A DNA stretch of 57,986 bases from an uncultured Chthoniobacter sp. GTDB taxonomy: Bacteria > Verrucomicrobiota > Verrucomicrobiia > Chthoniobacterales > JACTMZ01. The translations under genes were made by a program, and so were the position numbers. Below the pieces are notes generated by a model that saw only the letters and a program-made list of their open reading frames with translations, searched no databases and was not told the origin of the DNA. The DNA is taken from positions 1 to 57,986 of the forward strand of contig CAZJGQ010000001.1 in assembly GCA_964545425.1 (NCBI GenBank), read 5' to 3'. Below are positions 46,465-56,015 of the stretch, piece by piece. Positions within the stretch are counted from its first letter, which is position 1. Every line of letters starts with the position of its first letter.

Positions 46465-48513
46465 TTATTCCGCGTGCAGACTCCTGACCGCCGCGGCGAT
46501 CTGTTCTGTCCCCGGCACGACTGCGGCTTCAAGCGGCGGACTATAGGGCGTCGGTGAATGCAAACCGTTCAGGCGACGGATGGGCGCATCAAGTTCGTCG
46601 AATCCGTGCTCGGCCATTTGCGCGGCGATCTCGGCTCCCAGGCCGCAGGGCGCGAACGATTCGTCCACGACCAGCAGACGGCCAGTCTTGGCCACGGAGT
46701 TGAGGATAGTCGTGGTGTCGAGTGGCGAGACTGTGCGCGGGTCGATCACCTCGACGGAGATTCCTTCCTCCGCAAGTTTCGCCGCCACCTCGAGCACCCG
46801 GTGCACCATCAGGCCGAGCGTCACAACGGTGAGATCTGAACCCTCGCGCACCACCGCGGCGCGACCGAAATCGATGTAGTATTCACCCTCCGGCACTGGC
46901 CCCTTGACCGAGAGCAATTCGCGGTGTTCCAGAAAAAGAACCGGATCATCGCAAGTCAGCGCCGTTTTCATCAGGCCCTTCGCATCGCGCGGCGTCGACG
47001 GCACGACCACGCGCAAACCCGGGAAGTTGGCATACATCGAATAATAGCTACCGGAGTGATGCGTGGCCGCGGCATGGCCGATGCCGATGCAGCCGCGGAG
47101 CAGGACCGGCATCTTGAGACGTCCGCTGCTCATGTATTGCATTTTGGCAACTTGGTTGATGATCTCACCCGCGGCATCCAGCACGAAGTCGGCGAACATG
47201 AAGTCGACAACAGGCCGCGTGCCGCTCATCGCCGCGCCGCAGGCCAAACCGACAAAACCCCGTTCACAGATGGGCGTATCGCGAAGCCGTCCGGGACCGT
47301 GGATCGCGTAGAGTCCCGTGGTCGTGGCAAAACTGCCACCGCGCACACCCACTCCCTCGCCCAGAACAAAGATGCGCGGGTTTTTCGCCATCTCCTCGCT
47401 CAAGGCCTCGAGCGTGGCTTTCATGTAAGTGATTTCGCGGACCGGACCCGCAACGGCAGGCACATCGCGTGCCGTGTTTTCCGAAACGGCATAGACGTGG
47501 TTGGTTGCCGTGTCCGGCGACGGATAAGGACTTTTCTCGGCGCGAAGGTGCGCTTGGTTGACCGCCTCGTCGATCTCGGCGTCGAGCGCGGCGAGTTCGG
47601 CTTCGGGAACGATGTCCTCCTCGATGAGGTATTTGCGCAAGCGCGCGATGGGACAGCGCTGCTTCCACTCCTCGACCTCTTCCTTGGTGCGGTAGCCGAA
47701 ATCGACCATGCCCTCGGCATGGGCGCGGGTGCGGTAAGTTTTGCACTCGATGAGCGTCGGACCTTCGCCGCGCCGCGCCCTCGCGACTGCTGCGCGGCCG
47801 GCGGCTTGCACGGCCAAAACATCATTGCCGTCCACCGCGATCGACTCGATGCCGTATGCCGCTCCACGCGCGGCCACGCTGGGATTGCCCGCCGCATAAT
47901 CGAAGGGCACCTCCGTGGCATAGCCATTGTTCTCGCAGACAAACAAAACCGGAAGACGCCAGATGCTGGCCATGTTGAGTCCCTCGTGGAACGCACCGTT
48001 GTTGACCGCGCCATCGCCGAAGAAAGCCACCGCAACGCGGTCGGTCTTAAGCAGGCGAAAACTGTAGCCCGCACCAGCAGCCTGTAGAATGCACGGACCA
48101 ACAATGCCGCTCGTTCCAAGCATGCCGATCTCGGGCGCGAAAATATGCATGCTCCCGCCAAGTCCGCGCGAGCAACCTTCGGATCTTCCGTATAACTCGG
48201 CAATCAGCGCGAACGGCTCCAATCCCTTGGCCAGAGCGTGGCCATGCCCGCGGTGCGTGCTGAACACCGCGTCGTCGGGACTCAAGTTGGCGCAAATTCC
48301 GGCGGCCACGGCCTCCTGTCCGACATAGGTATGACAAGCACCATGGATGAGTCCCTTTTGATGGGACCGCGCCAAGCGTTCCTCGACCGCGCGAATGATC
48401 AGCATGCGGCGGTAAAGATCGCGTGAGTCGGGAGCGGTGTCCGATGCCGCGGCGTCGAGTGACGTCGGAATCTTTTGGGCTGCCATTTTGTCCGGTTTGG
48501 TTTTCAGCTTCAT
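46465..48513 (-). CDS. 2-oxoacid dehydrogenase E1 component, fused alpha and beta subunits (TPP-dependent), 682 aa
   Basis: The alpha part shows GHGHALAKG and GDGAVNNGAFHE (TPP motif). The beta part (from about residue 355) shows TYMKATLEALSEEM and GFVGLACGAAMSG. Confidence 0.9.
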   Translation of the reverse strand: MKLKTKPDKMAAQKIPTSLDAAASDTAPDSRDLYRRMLIIRAVEERLARSHQKGLIHGACHTYVGQEAVAAGICANLSPDDAVFSTHRGHGHALAKGLEPFALIAELYGRSEGCSRGLGGSMHIFAPEIGMLGTSGIVGPCILQAAGAGYSFRLLKTDRVAVAFFGDGAVNNGAFHEGLNMASIWRLPVLFVCENNGYATEVPFDYAAGNPSVAARGAAYGIESIAVDGNDVLAVQAAGRAAVARARRGEGPTLIECKTYRTRAHAEGMVDFGYRTKEEVEEWKQRCPIARLRKYLIEEDIVPEAELAALDAEIDEAVNQAHLRAEKSPYPSPDTATNHVYAVSENTARDVPAVAGPVREITYMKATLEALSEEMAKNPRIFVLGEGVGVRGGSFATTTGLYAIHGPGRLRDTPICERGFVGLACGAAMSGTRPVVDFMFADFVLDAAGEIINQVAKMQYMSSGRLKMPVLLRGCIGIGHAAATHHSGSYYSMYANFPGLRVVVPSTPRDAKGLMKTALTCDDPVLFLEHRELLSVKGPVPEGEYYIDFGRAAVVREGSDLTVVTLGLMVHRVLEVAAKLAEEGISVEVIDPRTVSPLDTTTILNSVAKTGRLLVVDESFAPCGLGAEIAAQMAEHGFDELDAPIRRLNGLHSPTPYSPPLEAAVVPGTEQIAAAVRSLHAE

Positions 48514-48857
48514 TTTGCAGGAGTGGTTTCGGAAGAAAGAGCACGCAGGACTTCCGGCAAATGCACGAAGGCCGGACCGCCGCCCATCATCACGCCCACC
48601 CCGGCCGCTTCGATCACCTGCTCACGAGTCGCTCCGGCTTTGATCGCCTCGGCGGCGTGGATGTGGATGCACTCGGTGCAGCCCTGCGCGAGGCCAACTG
48701 CAGCGGCGATCAGTTCTTTTTCGCGCTTGGAGAGAGCGCCGGGTTGCATGAGCGCGTGATGCATACCACCAAAAGCTTTGGCCACATCGGGCGCCTGCGA
48801 ACGGAGAGTAGCGAAGTCACGCTGCCAGGCAGCGAGTGTTTCGGTGGGAGCGCTCAT
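48510..48857 (-). CDS. carboxymuconolactone decarboxylase (AhpD-like) family protein
   Basis: A CMD-type helical protein with a CxxC-like C-T-E-C-I-H motif (AQGCTECIHIH). The stop overlaps the E1 start (ATGA). Confidence 0.8.
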   Translation of the reverse strand: MSAPTETLAAWQRDFATLRSQAPDVAKAFGGMHHALMQPGALSKREKELIAAAVGLAQGCTECIHIHAAEAIKAGATREQVIEAAGVGVMMGGGPAFVHLPEVLRALSSETTPAK

Positions 48858-48875
48858 GGTCGGAAATGATGCCGG

Positions 48876-49673
48876 TCAGCCGACAACAGGATTGGTCAGT
48901 GTGCCGATCTTCTCGATCTCGATGCTGATCGTATCCCCGGCCTTGAGAAAAACGGGGGGCTTCCGCGCCGCACCGATGCCGTGCGGCGTTCCGGTGAGGA
49001 TGACCGTTCCCGGCAGCAGGGTCGTGTCTCCGGTAAGAAATTCGATCAAGGCCGGAACATCAAAAATCATGTCGTCCGTGTTCCAATCCTGCATGACGCT
49101 CCCGTTGAGGATCGTCTTGATCTGCAGCTTGTTTGGATCGGGTATTTCATCTTTGAGAACGAGACAGGGCCCCAAGGGCGCAAAGGTGTCAAACGTCTTG
49201 CCGCGGCACCACTGCCCCCCGCCCCACTTCGTTTGCCAGTCGCGCGCACTCACGTCGTTGGCGCAAGTGTAACCAAGCACGTAATCGAGGGCATTCGAGC
49301 GCTTCACGTTGCGCGCGGTCTTTCCAATGACCACAGCCAGCTCGCATTCGTAATCCACTTCCCCGCTTTTTAAATGCTGCGGCAGCTGGATCGGGTCGCC
49401 GGGATTTTGCACGGAGGCGGGGAACTTCATGAAGACGACCGGAAAATCGGGAGCCGGGAGATTTCCTTCCTCGGCATGACGGCGATAATTCAAACCGATG
49501 CAGACCAACGTGGTCGGAGCGACCGGAGCGAGGAGCTTGCCTACCTGTGCTGGCTGATCAGTAACCTCGAAGTCGCCGAAAATATCGCCGTCTATGACGA
49601 AGCGTTGGCTATCGATCGTCTCGCTTGCGTAGTGGATTTGGCCTCGAGAATCTTGGTAACGGATGATGCGCAT
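48876..49673 (-). CDS. fumarylacetoacetate hydrolase (FAH) family protein
   Basis: GLNYRRHA, FMKFPASVQNPGDPI, ECELAVVIGK, GYTCANDVSARDWQ, KTFDTFAPLGP and PGTVILTGTP. Confidence 0.85.
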   Translation of the reverse strand: MRIIRYQDSRGQIHYASETIDSQRFVIDGDIFGDFEVTDQPAQVGKLLAPVAPTTLVCIGLNYRRHAEEGNLPAPDFPVVFMKFPASVQNPGDPIQLPQHLKSGEVDYECELAVVIGKTARNVKRSNALDYVLGYTCANDVSARDWQTKWGGGQWCRGKTFDTFAPLGPCLVLKDEIPDPNKLQIKTILNGSVMQDWNTDDMIFDVPALIEFLTGDTTLLPGTVILTGTPHGIGAARKPPVFLKAGDTISIEIEKIGTLTNPVVG

Positions 49674-49731
49674 TGTGAGTAGAGGTGAAATTCGTAATTC
49701 GGACAGTGGACATCCGTGTGAAGGACATGAC

Positions 49732-50709
49732 TCAACTAGTTTGACTTACGCCATTGACGATATTGGGCAGCCGCTCTCCGCGGACCGCCTGCAAAGCGAT
49801 GGAGATAGCCGTTTCACGAAGGGTCCGCACGGCGGTCGGACTGGCCGAAGCGATGTGCGCGGCCAGAATAACATTGTCCATGCGGCGGATTGGGTGATCG
49901 GCGGGAATGGGTTCGGGGTCGAAAACATCGAGCGCGGCCCCACCGAGTTTGCCGGTGGTCAAAGCCGCAACCAGCGCCTCGGCATCGGCGAGATCCCCGC
50001 GCCCGACATTGATGAACAGCGCTCCGTCTTTCATGGCGGCGAATGCATTTGCGTCAAACATCTTCTTGGTCGACGCATTCGAGGGGCAATGGGGCGACAC
50101 AATGTCGCTGGCAGCGAGTAATTCGGCGAACGAGCAAGCCTCAGCACCCGCTGCCTCGATTTCCGCCCGCGGCGCAACCGGATCGAAAACCAGAATACGA
50201 CATTTGAAAGGCGACAAGCGCCGCACCACTTCACGACCGATGCGACCGAAGCCTACAATGCCCACCGTGAGGTTCTTCAGTGTGCCCATCGATTCGAGGG
50301 GGGAAGCAAGCCCCCAACCTCCGTCGCGCAAGAGAACCGCATTGGCCACCACTTGACGCGTGAGGCCGAGGATGAAAGCCACCGTGTGATCAGCGACCTC
50401 GTCGACGCAGTAGTCCGGAATATTGCAGACAGGAATGCCGCGACCCTTGGCCGCCTCGAGGTCGACATTATCCACGCCTATCCCGTAGCGCACGATGACG
50501 CGGGCCTTGGGCATTCGCCCGATGACCCCGGCATCCATCTTGGCGAACTGAGTGATGACCGCATCGGCGTCAAAACACAACGCGGCAAGATCCTCACTGC
50601 TTCGGCATTGGCGGCCTACCAGCTTGGCGCCTGCTTTATCGGCGGCTTGCTCCTCGACACTCAAGTCGGAGAACGTCCAATCGGTGACTGCAATGATCGG
50701 GGCTGGCAT
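49732..50709 (-). CDS. D-isomer-specific 2-hydroxyacid dehydrogenase family protein
   Basis: The ATG at 50709 gives MPAPIIAVTD.... It has the NAD motif GIVGFGRIGREV, the catalytic context NVGRGDL and LAAHIASA. Confidence 0.85.
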   Translation of the reverse strand: MPAPIIAVTDWTFSDLSVEEQAADKAGAKLVGRQCRSSEDLAALCFDADAVITQFAKMDAGVIGRMPKARVIVRYGIGVDNVDLEAAKGRGIPVCNIPDYCVDEVADHTVAFILGLTRQVVANAVLLRDGGWGLASPLESMGTLKNLTVGIVGFGRIGREVVRRLSPFKCRILVFDPVAPRAEIEAAGAEACSFAELLAASDIVSPHCPSNASTKKMFDANAFAAMKDGALFINVGRGDLADAEALVAALTTGKLGGAALDVFDPEPIPADHPIRRMDNVILAAHIASASPTAVRTLRETAISIALQAVRGERLPNIVNGVSQTS

Positions 50710-50978
50710 TGAAACGCGGTGAATATTTAACTTAGAGACGGCTATAGCGCTAAACCCCCGTTTTTCGGCCACATTTGCGCGATTGTCGACCGAAGAGGTA
50801 AGCGGAAAAGCTTTGGTGCCACAGCGGACAGCAGCAACTCCCCGCCCGCGAGGCATCCTCAGTTCAACAATGTCTATTCAATAGAAAGCCCGGAGACTTG
50901 CCAGCACCTTGGTACCAGCGGCGAATCATACTAAGTAGTGCGGTTCTGGTTCCCCATCTAAGTCCGGGCTGGTCGTAA

Positions 50979-51647
50979 TTAGGTGACGCCCGAAACCGCA
51001 TCGCCCGTGCTGAGGACGTGTCCAAGAATTTCGGCAAAAACACTCCCCGGAGCAGCAGAGGCATCGATAGACCGCACGATCGGGCGGGCATAGCAGTCGA
51101 GAACGCCGAGTGATTCGGACTCGAATACGGCCATCCGTCGGCGCACGATCTCCACGTATGTGTCGTCGGGACGTGAGCCCTCTGACGCTCGCCGCGCGAG
51201 GCGGCTTTCGAGCACGGCAGGATCGTCGCAACGCAGGTGTAAGACGAGCGAAACGTCTACGAAGGCTTTCATCATCCGCGCCTGCTCAACGTTGCGGGGA
51301 ATGCCGTCGAGAACGAGCCACTCGTGGTCCGGACGGAACGCGGATGATGCCACGTGTTCTTCCAGGCGTTTCCGCCAAAGGTGGACCGTCAATTCATCGG
51401 GCACCAACTCGCCGCGAGTCGAGTAATCGATGAAAGCTCTTCCAAGCGACGATTGAACGTCGAGAGCCCGGAAGACGTCTCCGCAAGCACAATGGAAAAA
51501 ACCCGGGGTAGCCCCAAGCAACCGACCCTGCGTCCCCTTGCCGCTTCCTGGTGCGCCGAAGAGAAGAACGGCGCGGAATTTGTCGCCCGGCCTCGCAACC
51601 AGCGGCGTCTCGCGCCCCAGCTCCGATGCAGTGGATAGAGTTGGCAT
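50979..51647 (-). CDS. adenylate kinase-like nucleoside monophosphate kinase (divergent)
   Basis: It has the P-loop GAPGSGKGTQG, then GDVFR, LVPDE and LDGIPRN. No zinc lid is present. Confidence 0.65.
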   Translation of the reverse strand: MPTLSTASELGRETPLVARPGDKFRAVLLFGAPGSGKGTQGRLLGATPGFFHCACGDVFRALDVQSSLGRAFIDYSTRGELVPDELTVHLWRKRLEEHVASSAFRPDHEWLVLDGIPRNVEQARMMKAFVDVSLVLHLRCDDPAVLESRLARRASEGSRPDDTYVEIVRRRMAVFESESLGVLDCYARPIVRSIDASAAPGSVFAEILGHVLSTGDAVSGVT

Positions 51648-51927
51648 ATCTAGCAGTTAGACTCCAAGCTAGAACTCGGCTCGTCGCCTCCGTTTTTCGC
51701 TGCTTTCGCGGCGGTTTCAGCCTCCTAGGCAATAATTTCGCGCTGTGGCCAAGCCACACATCAGGGGTCCGCTCCTCTTCGCCGAACCCCTGTCTTCTCA
51801 CGAAGCCCAAAGCATGTGATCGAGCGACGACTGAAAACACCGTGGATGACATGAATTCGGCCAAGGCGGCGGTCAGGGCATCAAGTCTAAGTGCGCCTTC
51901 GCAAAGTGCAGGACTTGGAAGCGATCA

Positions 51928-53061
51928 TTAGTAGACGTCCTTCCGGTAGCGTTTGGTTTTTTTCAGTTCCTCGACGTAAGCCGCTGCGTCTTCTTTCGAT
52001 TTGCCGCCGGCCTGCTCAACGATGCGATGCAATGCCTCGTCGACATCTTTGGCCATGCGCGAGGCATCGCCGCAGACGTAGAAGTATCCGCCTTCCTCGA
52101 GCCATTTCCACAGTTCGTCGGCATTTTCCCTCATGCGGTGCTGCACATAAACCTTCTCGGCCTGGTCACGGGAGAAGGCGGTGTCGAGCCGGTGCAGCAC
52201 GCCTTTGGCGCACCAGGCGTTGATTTCATCCTCGTAGAGGAAATCGGTCGAACGATTGCGATCCCCGAAAAAGAGCCATGACCTGCCCGGAGCACCGAGC
52301 ACTTCACGTTCCTGCAAGAACGCGCGGAACGGCGCGATGCCCGTGCCTGGGCCGACCATGATGACCGGAACCGACGCGTCCTCGGGTTGGCGGAAGTGTT
52401 TCGCCGAGTGGATGAAGACCGGCATTGATGCATCCTTCACGCGGTCGGCCAGATACGTGGAGCAAACGCCTTGGCGTCCACGTCCGTGCAATTCGTAGCG
52501 CACGATGGCCACGGTGAGGTGGATCGCTTCGGGATGGACCTTGGGCGAGGAGGCGATGGAGTAGAGGCGTGGCTGGAGTTTGCGCAAAACCTTGACCAGT
52601 TCCTCCGCGGTAAAATTTGCCTGCGGATAAGCCTGCAGAATGTCGATTACCTCGCGTCCGTCGATCCAATCCTCCATCGCCGATTTGGCTTCGGGGTCGA
52701 TCAACTCGGACAACTCCGACGCGCCTGGGCACTTCTCGAGGACGGCGGCGAGGAGTTGCCTCGACGGTTCGCGCAGCGTGACTTGGCGTGTGAGCACTTT
52801 GCGCAGGTTTGCGCCCGCGCTCTCAACCGCTTCATCGCCGCTCAGGCCCGTGGCGGCGAGCACGGCATCCACTTCGGCGGGATCATTCGCGGGAAAAATG
52901 CCGAGCGAATCGCCGACTTCATAGACGAGTCCCGAACCGGCCAGCGATACTTCAAAATGCACTGTTTCTTTGCCCGAAGCGGGCGCGGTCAGGCGGCGGG
53001 TGGCAGTCAGCCGCGCTGGAAAAGGGTTCTTCCGCGAGTAGGTCGAAGCAGTCGGTGACAC
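51928..53061 (-). CDS. CysJ-like FAD/NADPH-binding reductase module (no flavodoxin domain), ~377 aa
   Basis: RLYSIASS (FAD), GPGTGIAPFR (NADPH) and a C-terminal YVQH...YFYVCGD...RYRKDVY. There is no in-frame ATG near the domain start, so the GTG at 53061 is proposed and the start is uncertain. Confidence 0.7.
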   Translation of the reverse strand: MSPTASTYSRKNPFPARLTATRRLTAPASGKETVHFEVSLAGSGLVYEVGDSLGIFPANDPAEVDAVLAATGLSGDEAVESAGANLRKVLTRQVTLREPSRQLLAAVLEKCPGASELSELIDPEAKSAMEDWIDGREVIDILQAYPQANFTAEELVKVLRKLQPRLYSIASSPKVHPEAIHLTVAIVRYELHGRGRQGVCSTYLADRVKDASMPVFIHSAKHFRQPEDASVPVIMVGPGTGIAPFRAFLQEREVLGAPGRSWLFFGDRNRSTDFLYEDEINAWCAKGVLHRLDTAFSRDQAEKVYVQHRMRENADELWKWLEEGGYFYVCGDASRMAKDVDEALHRIVEQAGGKSKEDAAAYVEELKKTKRYRKDVY

Positions 53062-53401
53062 TTGACAAACATGCCGCCACGGATGCGAATTTGCACGCTT
53101 CAAACAGCCTGTCCAAACAGGCGCGCGACCACCAATGCCTTCGAACCGCTGGAGGAATCTCACAGCGAGATGTTTCGGATAAATTGGCAGCGCCAGGATC
53201 CGCGCAAATCCGGAGTCACGGCTTGAAATCACTAAATTTCCGCCGAAAACCGCGAGCGACTGCGCTCTCCATATTTTAGTTTTATAACTACGCTGGCTCT
53301 TCAACTGCTTCCGTCGCCGTAATGCACCGGGAGCTATATTTCCTAACGCATTAAGGCAAAGGAGTTGAAAGTCACGAAACCACCCTAATTCACCCCACAC
53401 A

Positions 53402-53791
53402 ATGCACCACCAAACAGACCAAGTGTTAGATACCACCGACTTCTTTTCACGACGAGTTGAACCCGTTCCGCAAAGAGTTCGTGAGATCGCGCTGTTGCGC
53501 GGTTTGGGCTACTCGTTCCGCGAGATTGCCCGGCAATACCACGTCACACCCCAAGCAATTTCCTTGATGCTGTCGCGGCACAAGAAAAGCGCCAAGTCTT
53601 TGTGCAAAGCCACGGATCTGACTGTCCTCTCCTCGCGAGCCGCGAATGCTTTGGGTCGGCTTAGAATAGCCAACCGCGACGAGGCCCGGCGATGCAACGC
53701 ACTTGAGCTGCTCAAAGGGGCGCGTAACTGCGGCCGAAAGACGCTTGCCGAGATCGAACACTGGCTCGACGAGGAAAAAAGCACGGCATAG
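53402..53791 (+). CDS. small DNA-binding protein: sigma-70 region 4/LuxR-like HTH followed by an RpoA C-terminal-domain-like helix-hairpin-helix
   Basis: REIALLRGLGYSFREIARQYHVTPQAISLMLSRHKK is r4-like. LSSRAANALGRLRIANRDEARRCNALELLKGARNCGRKTLAEIEHWL is alpha-CTD-like. Confidence 0.55.
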   Translation: MHHQTDQVLDTTDFFSRRVEPVPQRVREIALLRGLGYSFREIARQYHVTPQAISLMLSRHKKSAKSLCKATDLTVLSSRAANALGRLRIANRDEARRCNALELLKGARNCGRKTLAEIEHWLDEEKSTA

Positions 53792-54101
53792 ACAACTAGG
53801 CATGGCGCTCCCCTACCGATGTGTTCGCGAAGTCTACCGGGGCCAACCCATCGATGCCGATAAAGCTGCCGGCGTATTCAGCCCCACACCCACTTTGAAC
53901 CGCTGTTGGCAGGTAGACATCGCAGGTAGACTCAAAGGAGCCTTTGGGACCAACCAGATCGGTTTCCTCGCTCCGATCGGCAAGTTTTTCCCGACCGAGC
54001 GCGTAACTTTGACGAGTTGCGCACAGATCTGCAAAAAATTTCCCATTATTCGCTGCAAGCCACAATGGGACCTACAAGGTGACCTCTGTTCCAGCCGCGC
54101 C

Positions 54102-55973
54102 ATGAGTTTTCTCCTTTCTTGCATGCTCCCCGTAATCTTCGCCATGGGCGTCTGCGCACAAACACCCGTCCGCACGGCAGATAAAGACGCCGTCCGCAAT
54201 GGTGGATTCGAGCGCACTATGCAGGCACCCAATCTCTGGGGCGGAGTGGACAAAGACGGCTTCCTCGCCGGCTTCCGCGGCTTTCTTCCCGTGCTGAGCG
54301 AGAGCGGCAGTGTCGTGGAAAGTCCCATGCCCGTGGGAGTGGCGGTCGGCGATCTTAATAGCGATGGCCTGCCCGACATACTCTCCTCCGACCCGCTCGG
54401 TTACGTGCGCATTTATTTCAACAGCGGCAGCAAGGAGCAACCGAAGTTCACCACCGGCGAACTAAGCCTGCCCTGGCTGGCCTCTGGAGAAGGTGACCCG
54501 CCTTGGCGGCCTCCCGATTTGAACACGGACGAAATCCGTTCCTGGAATCAGCGCTGGGCCAAACGACGCCTCGGCGTGCGTGCCTCTCTCGCGGATCTTT
54601 CAGGAAGCGGAAAGCTCGATCTCGTGGCCGGCAACTATATCGGTGACATCTTCATCGTGCCCAATGGCGGGTCGGCGCAGGTCCCTCGATTTGCCCAACC
54701 GCCTTCGATTGCCAAAGCGGCCATTCCGACAATGAAAGATCCCGCGCGCCGCTGGGGCAATGTCTTCGCGCCACTGCTGCACGACTGGGATGGCGACGGG
54801 AAACCCGACCTTCTGGTCGGCGAGGGCTCTTATTCGGCCAACAGCGTGCATCTTTTCCTCAACCAAGGGTCTGCTGCTTCACCGGTATTCAACGAAGAGA
54901 AGCGCCAACCCCTAGCCCTCGGCGACGGAAGGCAGCAACTCACCCCTGCTCTCGCTGATGTCAATGGCGACGGGAAACCGGACATCTTGGTCGCGGACCG
55001 AGGCGGGCGGGTCACTGCTTACCTCCGCCCCGAATCGTGGAAATTCGGCGACGCCATCTCACCCTCCGGCTACTTGGCCAAGAGCGGCGGTCTCAAACCC
55101 GACGAAGCGGCAGCATTCGTCCTCGGCTCGGGAATCCACACCATCGCCACCGGCGACATGAATGGCGATGGCCTTTTCGATCTCGTTATTGGTAAGAACA
55201 ACGGCCGGATCGCCTGGTCAGCCAACAAAGGCACGAAAGAGACTCCCAAATTCGAGGATGCCAATGATCTGACGGGAGAAAAGCCCGCGCCGGTTGCGTG
55301 GCAACTGCCTTCGCAATGGGACGTCGACACCGGCACCTCCCGCGGCAACTTTCTCGCCTACGCCAACAGCGTTACTGTCGAAGAGGATCCCGCCGCCCAA
55401 CCGGTTGAAGGCACCCGCGCCTTGCGCTTCGGCTATGCTGTTTCACCAAACAAAACATTGGCTGCTCCAAACGCCCAAATTCCCGCCACGCCGGATTTCG
55501 ACCGCCGGGGCGAACGGGACCAAAACGACCCCCTGTTCCGCGGCTCCGCGGAGCAAAGGGGAACCGGTGCACCATCCAACTTTTTCATCGTCCGCCAGCC
55601 CGTGCAGTTGGAAATCGGCAAGACCTACAAACTGAGCTTCCAAGCCAAAGGCAACAAAGTCGGCAACGCCGGATACACTCTCGGTTGGCGCGGCTTCAAA
55701 CAACTCGGGGAAGACCGCCTCGTTCGCGGCGAACGCGGCGCCGTGCAGCGGCAGCGCAATGCGATCTCCGACAACGAAGTGCAATCGTCCGATTTCAGGC
55801 CCTCCGGAAATTGGTCGGCTGTGAGCAAAGATTTCAGGATCCAATTCAAAAACGAACGTGATCTAAACAAGGAGAAGCTCACTTCCGAGGGCATCTTGGA
55901 AATTAGCTTCGAACTTACCGCCCCCGACGGTTTCCTCTACCTCGACGACCTCAAACTCGTTCCTCAGGGCTGA
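54102..55973 (+). CDS. secreted FG-GAP/VCBS-repeat protein with a C-terminal beta-sandwich-like region, 623 aa
   Basis: The ATG at 54102 is followed by a signal peptide (MSFLLSCMLPVIFAMGVCAQ). Repeated DxNxDGxxD-type motifs are present (DLNSDGLPDIL, DWDGDGKPDLLVG, DVNGDGKPDILVAD, DMNGDGLFDLVIG). Confidence 0.75.
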   Translation: MSFLLSCMLPVIFAMGVCAQTPVRTADKDAVRNGGFERTMQAPNLWGGVDKDGFLAGFRGFLPVLSESGSVVESPMPVGVAVGDLNSDGLPDILSSDPLGYVRIYFNSGSKEQPKFTTGELSLPWLASGEGDPPWRPPDLNTDEIRSWNQRWAKRRLGVRASLADLSGSGKLDLVAGNYIGDIFIVPNGGSAQVPRFAQPPSIAKAAIPTMKDPARRWGNVFAPLLHDWDGDGKPDLLVGEGSYSANSVHLFLNQGSAASPVFNEEKRQPLALGDGRQQLTPALADVNGDGKPDILVADRGGRVTAYLRPESWKFGDAISPSGYLAKSGGLKPDEAAAFVLGSGIHTIATGDMNGDGLFDLVIGKNNGRIAWSANKGTKETPKFEDANDLTGEKPAPVAWQLPSQWDVDTGTSRGNFLAYANSVTVEEDPAAQPVEGTRALRFGYAVSPNKTLAAPNAQIPATPDFDRRGERDQNDPLFRGSAEQRGTGAPSNFFIVRQPVQLEIGKTYKLSFQAKGNKVGNAGYTLGWRGFKQLGEDRLVRGERGAVQRQRNAISDNEVQSSDFRPSGNWSAVSKDFRIQFKNERDLNKEKLTSEGILEISFELTAPDGFLYLDDLKLVPQG

Positions 55974-56015
55974 TCTGACCGGCACACTCGCTCTGGATCG
56001 GCGTCTTGAAGCGAA

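Noticed and set aside
53703-54101. 133-aa upstream extension of the FG-GAP ORF overlapping the small HTH gene
   Set aside because: A clear signal peptide starts at the ATG at 54102. The extension has no features and overlaps another plausible gene.
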